DNA of 64,000 nt from Squalus acanthias (Eukaryota), in assembly GCA_030390025.1 (NCBI GenBank), contig CM059431.1, positions 149,980,001 through 150,044,000 on the forward strand, in the 5' to 3' direction. Position 1 is the stretch's first letter; each line of letters starts with the position of its first letter. The notes below the pieces were generated by a model. It was given only the letters and a program-made list of their open reading frames with translations. It did not search any database and was not told the DNA's origin. The position numbers were made by a program, and so were the translations under genes. Positions 24,065 through 33,575 of the stretch are shown here, in pieces.

Positions 24065-24510
24065 ATGGAATGTTGGCAATGCTGGCAATATCAGCCAATC
24101 ACTAATTGTCCTTGAGAAGGTGGTGCTCTAATAATACCTTGAACCGCTGCAGTCCTTGTGGTGAAGATACTGCCCAGTGTCTGACTTTTGTACAACTGAG
24201 TGTCTTGCCAGGCCATGTCAGACTGCAGGGCCGTGTCAGAGTGCAGTTAAGATTCTACCGCATATGTGCAGCCCAAGTAAGGATGGCAGGTTTCCATCCT
24301 TAAAGAATGTTATCGAACCAGTAGGCTTTTTCCTTGACAATCCTGTAGTTTCACGATCTGCATTACTGATACTAGATTTTTAATTCCAAATGTATTTAAT
24401 TAACTGATTTTAAATTCCCCAGCTGTCGAGGTGGGATTGAACTCAAGTCTCATACTTTATTACTCCATGTCTCTGGGTTACTGGTTCAGTAACATAACCA
24501 CCATGCTAAT
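24065..24510 (-). mobile_element. Second copy of the tRNA-headed SINE (as at 19548)
   Basis: Reverse complement has a tagcatggtggttatgttactgaaccagtaa head, B-box-like gagttcaatcccac and the same LINE-like tail. Confidence 0.65.
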
Positions 24511-24804
24511 GTACTTGGTGTCTACAGATAGTAACCCATAACACTATTGACTTCTAGGTGTTGGAGATGCTTTGGGGATTCAGGAGGTGAGTTACTCACC
24601 GCATAATACCCAGCCTCTGACCTGCTGCAGCAGCCAAGGCATTCATGTGGCTGGTCCAGTTGATTTTCCGATCAATCTCGACCACTCGGTTTTTGATGGT
24701 GGAGGGTTTGGTGATTGCAATGCCAATGACTGTCAAGTATAAATGATCTCTTGTTGAATGTGGTCATCGTCGGGCGCTTGTGTGGAGAGAATTTATCTTT
24801 AATG

Positions 24805-25048
24805 ACACCAGGGATGTGGGATTTCAGTTATGTGGAGAAACTGGAGAAGCAGGGATTCTTCGCCCTATAGCAGAGAAGTCTAGGGGGAGATTGAATACAA
24901 GTGCTCAAAATGTTGAGGGTTTATAAACAATAAATAACGAGAAGCTGTTTCCACTGGCTGACCTGTCATTACCAAAGGACGAACCCCGATCACGCAATGA
25001 GATAATCTGGAATGAGCTCTCTGAAAGGCAGCTGGAAGCAAATTCAAT
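24805..25048 (+). mobile_element. CR1 3' fragment
   Basis: PGMWDFSYVEKLEK..EKLFPLA..WNELSE-like coding. Confidence 0.7.
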
Positions 25049-26345
25049 CGGTTCAGTAGGTAGCAAACTCGCTTCTGAGTCAGAAGGTTGTGTGTTCAAG
25101 TCCCATTCCAGCGACGTTAGTCCAAAGATCGAGGCTGAAACTCCCCTGCAGTACTGAGGAAGCACGGCATTGTCAGTGGGGCCGTAAGAAGGGTGCGCTG
25201 AACTGTCGGAGGGTCAGTACTGAGAGACCACTGCACTGTCGGAGGGTCAGTACTGAGCGAGCGCTGCACTGTCGGAGGGTCAGTACGGAGCGAGTGCTGC
25301 ACTATCGGAGGGTCAGTAGGGAGCGAGTGCTGCACTGTCGGAGGGTCAGTACGGAGCGAGTGCTGCACTGTCGGAGGGGCAGTACTGAGGGAGCGCTGCA
25401 CTGTCGGAGGGTCAGTACAGAGCGAGCGCTGCACTGTCGGAGGGTCAGTACGGAGCGAGTGCTGCACTGTCGGAGGGTCAGTACTAAGGGTGTGCTGCAC
25501 TGTCGGAGGTTCAGTACTGAGCGAGTGCTGCACTGTCGGAGGGTCAGTACTGAGCAAGCGCTGCACTGTCGGAGGTGCAGTACTGAGTGAGCGCAACACT
25601 GCCGGAGTTTCAGTACTGAGCGAGCGCTGCACTGTCGGAGGGTCAGTACTGAGCGAGTGCTGCACTGTCGGAGGTTCAGTACTGAGGGAGAGCTGCACTG
25701 TCGGAGGTTAGGTACTGAGGGTCCGCTGCACTGTCGGATGGGCAGTGCTGGGAGAACGCTGCACTATCGAATGGACAGTATTGAGGGAGCACTGTATTGT
25801 CGAAGGGGCAAAAGTGAGTGAGCGCTGCACTTTCGGAGGTGCAGAACTGAGGAAGCCCTGCACTGTCGGAGGGGCAGTGCTGGGGGAACGCTGCACTTTC
25901 GGATGGGCAGTACTGAGGGGGAACTGTATTGTCGAAGGGGAAAAACTGAGCAGGCGCTGCACTGTCGGAGGTGCAGTATTGAGGGAGCGCTGCCCTGTCC
26001 GAAGTGCAATACTGAGGGAGTACTGACTTGTCGGAGAGGCCGTCTTTCGGATGCGATTTTAAACCAAAGCCATGTCTGATCTCTATCAGCTGGAAGTAAA
26101 TGATCCCAGGGCACCATTCGAAGAAGACCAGCGGGGTTTTCCCCAGTGTTCTGGCCAATATTTATCTCAATCAACATCACTAATACAGATCACCTGGTCG
26201 TTATTGCAATGCTGTTTGTGGCAACTTGCTGTGCACAAACTGGATGCCTTGCTTCCTACAGTACAACACTGACTTCACTTCAAAAGTACTTCGTTGCCTG
26301 TGAAGTGCTTTTGGGATATCCCAAGTTCGTGAAAGACGCTCTTTC
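25049..26345 (+). mobile_element. DeuSINE (SacSINE1/AmnSINE1-like) with an internally amplified minisatellite
   Basis: tRNA head ggttcagtaggtagc...ctgagtcagaaggttgtgtgttcaagtccc; Deu-core-like gtctttcggatg...gatccc.gggcac.attcgaagaagaccag; tail cacttcaaaagtacttc.ttg.ctgtgaagtgctttt. Confidence 0.8.
25149..26040. repeat. 33-bp minisatellite (cagtactgagcgagtgctgcactgtcggagggt), ~26 copies
   Basis: 11-aa periodic ORFs (RRVSTERVLHC) confirm the 33-bp period. Confidence 0.95.
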
Positions 26346-26761
26346 TTAGCAGTAAGTTTCAAAAGGTAATTCGATATCGAATAGAAAGGGAGAAATTTTC
26401 AGGACTATGAGGAAACTGTTTAATTGTTCACTACCATTCACGAAAGGATATGACAGCTTTGAAATAATCTAATCGGTTGCCTGAAGATGTGCTGATTCTT
26501 CAGCAGAATTATGTCGGTAGATAGTAATCAGCAGGAAGTTACCTTTCTCATGTCTGAATGGAAGCCGCGATACTTCATTATGTCCTTAAGCAAATTTGAG
26601 GCCTCGCAGGATCTCTCCCAGTCGACTGTATATCCCTGTGTCCCCACCTTTGGTGAGTCTGTCCTGCCGGTGGAACAGGATATACCCTGAGATGGTGATG
26701 GAGGAGTCGGGAATGTTGACTGATAGGAATGGTTTTGTGACTTTGATTGTGCGAGAATTCA

Positions 26762-26816
26762 ATGTTTCCAGAGCGTTTCTATCCCCTTCTTGCTGCTGTT
26801 AGTGTTTCTTGTAAGT
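26762..26816 (+). other. GPCR exon-1-like cassette B (MFPERFYPLLAAVSVS-T|gtaagt)
   Basis: ATG at 26762, open frame, homologous to FYYPLLAAVGVP, phase-1 GTAAGT donor at 26811. Confidence 0.7.
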
Positions 26817-26955
26817 ATTTATATCCAGTTATTAATTATATAAATCATATTATACTGTAATATTATTCTTGCTATTTATCGTGGGTTACTCAGTTATTAA
26901 TGGTATCGTGTGTTTCAAGTTGTTGCATTTTGTTAATGCAAGAGTTGTTGTTTAA

Positions 26956-26998
26956 ATAGAGTGGCACATCCTCGCTGCTATTGGTGATACTGGTAAGT
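26956..26998 (+). other. GPCR exon-1-like cassette C, degenerate (ILAAIGDT-G|gtaagt)
   Basis: atc ctc gct gct att ggt gat act g|gtaagt; in-frame TAA at 26953 and no ATG. Confidence 0.55.
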
Positions 26999-27277
26999 CT
27001 CAGTATCCAGCGATTAATTATATAAATCATGTTTTACTGTATTACTTTTCTTGTCATACTCCATCCCATCCCCAGTGCTGTCGGCTGTTGATTCTGAAGG
27101 TGATACGGTGTTACCAAGATTCATTTGTTCTGTATTCAACTCAAGAAATGATATTGGACGATACTCTTTGCTCAACGAATTCCGTTCTGCTATCGACACT
27201 GAACATTTATAACAGATCAGCAGAATATTGTCTTGATTGAGGAGAGTTTTCAGCAAATGGCGGAAGAACATCACCCT

Positions 27278-27392
27278 GTAACGTTAACTCTCTCTCTCTC
27301 TCTCCACAGATGCTTTCTGACCTGTTGAGTATTTAAAGCATTTTCAATTCTTATTTCAGATTTCCAGCATCCGCAGAAATTTGCTTTTGTTT
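27278..27392 (+). mobile_element. Short interspersed repeat remnant, probably a Penelope-like terminal repeat
   Basis: aacgttaactct...ccacagatgct...gacctg.tgagtattt...ttcagatttccagcatccgcag resembles a common shark repeat; class assigned from recall only. Confidence 0.45.
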
Positions 27393-29572
27393 TCAGCGAA
27401 TGCTCGGTATGGTTACTGACACAGTGTCACAGGAACAAATCCTGACAGATCACACCCACATCTTTAAATGTCTGAAATATCCGCTAATCATTCAGTTCCA
27501 GTCAGTGTCTCCTTTCCCACCATATACAGCTCTGCATTAGTGGCACTGATTCTGTTGGTTAAAATAGGATTATTAGGATAATTTACATTCTCAAAAAAGT
27601 TCACTCAGACATATTTCAATGCGTTTATTTCCAATCTTTGTTTTTGAATTTACAATTGGAGCCCATGCAGGCCAGTCACAGTTCAGTGGATCTCTCAGTG
27701 AGACCCAGAGTGATTCTCTGTTGCCTCCTGCTGTACTGCAGAATAAACAATCCCAGCTGATTGTAACTGAAGTACTGAGGATAAGAAAATCTTTTCATAT
27801 TTTCTCGACTAATATTCTCTGCACAAATTGCAAACCAACAGGTGATAAAGTACAAGGATAAATCTCGTTGCCTGTGTGATAAGTCGCGTAATTATGAAGC
27901 TAAAAAGTGTATTTAGTGGGCTATTACCTGGTCAAAGATAACTATTTATTTTATTTCAGAATCCATTCTTTGCAATGCTATTTGGAAAATCTTCCATTCA
28001 ATGAGCTGCAATTTGCGTATTTCAACAAAACTGTAGAAAGCTCAAAGTTCAAAACAATTCTTATAGCCCAGTTATCTGTATAACTGCAGTGCACTTGTAT
28101 TTATTATCTCAGATTTGCATATTACAGCCGTACATATTAAATACAATTGCCGGTAATTATTGCACGCCAAGCTTGCAGTTTCTGTATTTTGTTGTTGCAT
28201 TCATTTTCAGTTGTAAATATAGCCTGGAACATGAATCTAGGCGGGGTTTCCCCCTCACTAACAACAGGGGCACAGAAGCGAATTGCACCGTTCCAAATGC
28301 TGACTGATCCCGGGACACGAAGGCTTCCTGAGAGTTTCTGGTCCTTTGTGTCCCTGGTACCTCGGGCGGCGCTTTTGTCTGCTGGGCTAAAGGCAGATCT
28401 ACCATTTAATCTCTCATTGATCAAACATCTGTTACTTTCATGTTATCCCCGTTTCATTTATTAATTCCGCAGTGTAATCCCGTTTATTCTTACAATTTTC
28501 AGATCCACGAGTAAAATAATTAGATTATATAATAGAATGTCGCTATTGAGTTGCATCTTTCTCCCCGAATTCCATCAAATGCTGCTCTTGCTCCCAGCCT
28601 GATGTATAATATCCCTGTTTATTTCCCTTCGTTACAGTGAACTTAGTGACGATTGTGATCCTGTCCCGGGGAAAGTGCGGTCTCTCCAAATGTGTCACTC
28701 GGTACCTGGTGGCCATGGCAGCGGTGGATTTACTGGTCGTTATACTCGACCTGATATTGAGGCAGATTCCGATTGCTTATATGGAACAGTTTATTTTCTT
28801 GAATTCATTCCCCGTGTGTAATATCCACGCCATCCTGCTTTATATAGCCACGGACTGTTCTGTCTGGTTCACCGTCACTTTCACATTTGATCGATTTGTG
28901 GCCATTTGTCGCCAGAAGCTGAAAACTAAATATTGCACCGAGAAATCGGCGGCTGTGGTTCTGGGAACAGTGACTGCGCTGAGCGGGTTAAAGAACATTT
29001 TCTGGTATTTTATGTTCACAGATCGGTATATGCTTATGAACTTCCCCTGGTTTTGTGATGTAACAATTCATGTTCTGTTTTCACGGATCTGGGGAGCAAT
29101 CGAGCTCATTCATTATATTCTCAACCCGGGGCTCCCATTTTTGGTGATTCTGCTGCTCAATGCTGTCACCGTCAGACATATTTGAGTGTCCAGCAGAGCC
29201 CGCAGGAGACTCCGGGGTCCCAGCAGTGGGGAGAGTCCCAGAGACCCAGAGATGGAGAGCCGCAGGAAATCCATCATTTTACTGCTTGTTATCTCCGGCA
29301 ATTTCATCCTGTTATGGGCAGCGTTTATGATCTTTGCTCTTTGGAACCGGATGTTTTTTCTGGGGTTTCGGGATGTAGATCCACCTCTTTATTTACAGGA
29401 TCTGGGATTGATGTTGCAGATGCTCAGTTGCTGCACAAATACTGGGATTTATGTCGTGACCCAGACTAAGTTCAGAGAGAGTTGAAGTACGTGGGGAAAT
29501 ATCTCTCCGCTCTGATTATAAAATTCATTAAAGAATGATGTGAATGGAGATTTTGTAGCCTGAAAGCTCCCT

Positions 29573-30089
29573 GGGCCTCATATTGTGGCGACCCGCTCTC
29601 TCCCGAAACCGACCGCCCCGCGACGGGAAAATCCATAAACAAAGTTGTCCGCCGCGGCGCACCGCACAAATATGGCGGCTCCGGTGCCCAGCATAATGAT
29701 GGCAGATCCGGCGCCCCGCAACAAACTGGCGCACCCCGGCGAACTGCACAAAGATGGAGGCTTCGTTGCTCCGCACAAGGATAGCGGCCCTGGCGCTCCG
29801 CACAAAGATGGTGGCTATAGCGCACCTGACAAAATAGGCGTCGCTGGCGTACCGCAGAAAAATAGCGGCTCTGGCGCCCCTGCGCATTAATGGCGACTGC
29901 GGCGCCACTAACAAATATGGCTGCTCTGGCGTCCGGCACAAACATGGTGGCTCTGGTGCCCCTAACAAATATGGCGGCACTGGAGCCCCTAACCAAGATG
30001 GCGGCCCCGGCGCCTCGGGGAAATAAATTGTGGCCATGTTGCCCCGCAAAAATATGGCGGCTTTGGCGGCACGCACAAAAATCACGGCC
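29573..30089. repeat. CpG-rich ~27-bp tandem array (cacaaatatggcggctctggcgccc), ~16 copies
   Basis: Diverged units recur over 29660-30089; one contains a perfect CAAGATGGCGGC (29994-30005). Confidence 0.8.
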
Positions 30090-30214
30090 AATTAATGGTT
30101 TTATGATTGATACTACTCACACTTTTACAATTTCCCTATATTTTGAAAAGGTGCTTGATAAAGTAGCACATCTTACCAAAACTGAAGCCCATGGAGTTAA
30201 ATTGGCAGTGGCCA

Positions 30215-32250
30215 CAGTGAGTAGTGCGAGGTATATCAGTATTACAGTGAGTGGTGTGGGGTGTAACAGTCCAGAATGTGACATGTATCAGAGGGTTACA
30301 GTGAGTGGTGTGGGGTATATAAGACTATTAAAGTGAGGGCAGTGGGGTATTTCAGAGTGTGTTACAATGAGGGGCGTGGGGTATATCAGAATGTTACCGT
30401 GAGGGGTGTTGGGTTTATCAGTATTACAGTGACTGGTGTGTGGTGTAACTGTCCAGAATGTAGCATGTATCAGAGTGTTACAATTAGGGGTGTGGTGTAT
30501 ATCAGACTGTTACAGTGAGGGGTTTGGGGTATATCAGAGGGTTACCGTGAGGGGTTTGGGGCATATCAGACTGTTAAAGTGAGGAGCGTGGGCTTTATCA
30601 GAGTGTTACAGTGAGTGGTGTGGGATATCTCAGAGTGTTAGTGCGTTGTGGAGTATATCAGAATGTTACAGCTAGTGGTGTGGTGTATATCACAGTGCTA
30701 AATTGAGCGGTGTGGGGTATATCAGAGTTTTACAGTGAGGAGTGTGGGGTGTTTCAGCGTGTTACAGTGTGGGTTGTGGAATATATCAGAGTGTGTCACA
30801 TTGAGGGGGGTGAAGTATATCAGAGTGTGTTACAATGATTGGTGTGGGGAGTAACAGCCTCTGTGTGGCATATTTCAGAGTATTTGAGTGAGGGGTGTGG
30901 TGTATATCCAAGTGTTATAGTAAGGGGTGAGGGGTATATCAAATTGTTACAGTGAAGTGTCTGGTGAATACGAGTGTGTTACAGTGAGGGGTATGGGTAT
31001 ATAAATGTGTTAAACTGAGAGGTGTGGGTCATAGCAGAGTGTTACTGTGAGGGGTGTGGGTTATATCAGATTTTTACAGTGAGGATTTATGCAGTATATA
31101 AGAGAGTAAGAATGAGAAGTGTGGGGTATATCAGATGTTTGCGTGAGTGGTGTGGGGTACATCAGTGTTACAGTAATGGGTGTGGCGTATATAAGAAGGT
31201 TACAGCGAGGGTTGTTGGATAAATCAGAGTGGTACAGTAAGGGGTGTTGATTATTTTAATGTTACAGTGAGGGTGTGAGTTATATCAGAGTGTTACATTG
31301 AGGGATGTGAAGTATATCATAGTAAGTTACAGTGTGGGGTGTGGGGTATATAAGAGTGTTACATTGAGTGGTGTGGGGTGTATTAGAGTGTTACAGAGAG
31401 GGGTGTGGGATATATCAGAGTGTTACAGTGAGGGTTGTGGAGCATATCAAAGTGGGTTACAGTGATGGAGGTGTTGTTTATCAGAGTGTGACAGTGAGTG
31501 TGCCGGAGTGTATCAGAGTGGTGCGAGGTATATCAATACTACAGTGAGGGGTGTTTGGTATATCCAAGGATTACAGTGAGAGGTGTGTGGTATATCAGGT
31601 TTAGAGTGAGGGTGTGTGATATATCAGAGTGCGATAGTGAGTGATCTGGGGTATATCAGAGTGTTACAGTGAGTGGTGTGGGGTATATCAGATTGCTATA
31701 GTGAGTGATGTGGGGTATATTAGAGTGTTACAGTGAGGGGTGTGGGGTATATCAGATTCGAATAGTGAGTGATGTGGGGTATATCAGAGTGTTACAGTGA
31801 GGGGTGTGCGGGATATCAGAGTGTTACAATGAGTGGTGTGGGGGAAAGCAGAGTGTTACAGGGAGTGGTGTGGAGTATTATCAGATCTTTACATTGAGGT
31901 GTGTGGGGTATATCAGAGTGTTAAATTAATTGATGTGGGTTATATCAGAGGGTTATAGTGATTGGTGTAGCGGATATCAGTGTTGCAGCGAGAGTTGAGC
32001 TCTACATCTGAAATTTATTGGCCAGCGGGTGTCTATCAGGGTGTTGCACTGAGAGGTTTGGGGTATATCAGAATGTAACATTTATGGGGTGTGGTATATC
32101 AGAGTGTTACAATGAAGAGTGTGGGGAATTGCAGTGTGTTACAGTGAGGGTTTAGGGCATATCAGATTGTTACAATGAGTGTTGTGGGGCTTATTTGAGT
32201 GTTACATTGAGGGGTGTGGTGCATATCAGAGTACGACACCGAGTGGTGTG
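30215..32250. repeat. ~32-bp satellite (gtgttacagtgaggggtgtggggtatatcaga), ~60 diverged copies
   Basis: Unit visible throughout. Confidence 0.95.
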
Positions 32251-32289
32251 GCCAGGAATCTCAAGGCTATCTCGGGGACAGGCTTTGCG

Positions 32290-32510
32290 ATTGGAGCTCG
32301 GGGCCAGAGACCAGAGGCGAGCTCGGGGCCAGGAACAGCGAGGCGAGCTCGGGGCCAGAAATAGTGAGTGGAGCTCGGTGCCAGGGATCGCGAGGCGAGC
32401 TCGGGGCCAGGAATTGCGTGGCGAGCTCGGGGCCAGAGACCAGAGGCGAACTCGGGGCCAGGAACCGCGAGGCGAGCTCAGGGCCAGGAACCGCGAGTGG
32501 TGCTCAGGGA
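32290..32510. repeat. GC-rich gcgagctcggggccagg tandem repeat (~8-9 copies)
   Basis: Repeated GAGCTC-containing units about 25-30 bp apart. Confidence 0.85.
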
Positions 32511-32832
32511 CAGGAATACTAATACAAATAAAGGCACAAATACAGAAACCTGATGGGGCTCTACTAACCTCCCCCCGGCTAAACTTCACCAGAATATCAG
32601 TGCTAATTTGATCTTGTGTGACAAAATATCATTCATGTCCGAGGCAGGGACCCAGAAGCCAGGAAGAGCACAGCAGCGAGGTCAAGTCCCAAGAGATGCG
32701 CAGCGTGGACCAGTATTGGGGTCGGGGCCCAGGTAAGGTGCGGGACGGGCCAACAGCGAGGTCGGGAGTACCACAATGCATGCTACGAAATCCAGGCAGA
32801 GTGGACCTGTGAGAAGGAGGGAGGAGGATAAT

Positions 32833-33575
32833 GGCCCGAAAATTACGCACTGTATACTCTCGCATATTTGGTCCCGAATTGCCGGTTTCCTGCATGCACT
32901 GCGCATGCGCGGGAAACCGGCACTTCGTGTACTGCAAAGGGGGCGGTTCCTAAGTGACCCGCTTGCGCGATAAAGGTTGTGCGCATGCAGTGCACTTAGT
33001 TTTTTTTTCAGGTTTGAACGCGCAGGTAAGTGGTGAAGATTTTACACACAAAGAAAGCAGGCCTAGGACCCCCTTTTAACAAAGTAAGTAGTTAATTAAG
33101 TGTTATTTTTAAATTTTTTCAACAGGTTTATCTTTTTTAGAGACTTTAAAGAAAGGTAAGTTTAATTTTATAACTTTTAAAAAGATTTAAAAGTTTTCAA
33201 AAATTTAATTTTTTTGTTTAAAGTGGTTAATTTATTTAACTATACTTATTTTATTAATGTGATGGCTTTAAAAAAAATTAATTGAGGTTTAGCTGTTCTT
33301 TTGTGGGCTTGTAGTATTCATAGTTTTGACAGCCCTTGCTGTCAAAACTATGAATAAAAGATGGTGTGCTGCCATTGGCTCTAACTGAATCACGTGATCC
33401 CAGAGCTCGCACGAACTAATTGCGCCTCTGGGTACGCAAGCACTGCACAATTGCAACAGGGAGAGGCTCTGAAACTAAAGTTCATGTGGGCCCCAAACAA
33501 AAAGGTAGGCACGGAGTACGATATCGCGGGGAATCCTTACCCCCGCGGGAATCATCGATGTTTAATTTCTGGGCC
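32833..33575 (-). mobile_element. Non-autonomous Harbinger element related to 10137-14744 (inverted orientation)
   Basis: Ends ggcccgaaaatt / aatttctgggcc; subterminal blocks match both ends of the autonomous element; flanks AAT/ATT; no coding capacity. Confidence 0.85.

Larger units (their letters stand above)
16342..29538 (+). pseudogene. GPR139/GPR142-like class A GPCR (shark-expanded type), two exons (16342 or 16456-16636; 28638-29538), probable pseudogene
   Basis: Exon 1 ends FYYPLLAAVGVP-G|gtaagt. The acceptor ttacag| at 28637 gives VNLVTIVILSRGKCGLSKCVTRYLVAMAAVDLL...TFDRFVAIC...RDPEMESRRKSIILL...LSCCTNTGIYVVTQTKFRE. In-frame TGA at 29183-29185; apparent 1-bp deletion near 29480. Confidence 0.88.

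Noticed and set aside
25049..25125. tRNA gene
   Set aside because: The tRNA-like A/B boxes continue directly into SINE body sequence; no complete cloverleaf is evident.
25090..25711. 11-aa repeat proteins on both strands
   Set aside because: By-product of a 33-bp SINE-derived minisatellite.
27255..27300. Fourth hammerhead motif
   Set aside because: The CTGANGA and GAAA cores are not intact here.
29183..29185. TGA as selenocysteine or programmed read-through
   Set aside because: The position corresponds to Leu, no SECIS was seen, and a second lesion lies downstream.
29472..30336. Ala/Arg-rich ORFs of 148-187 aa
   Set aside because: Arise from the GC-rich 27-bp array; no recognisable domain.
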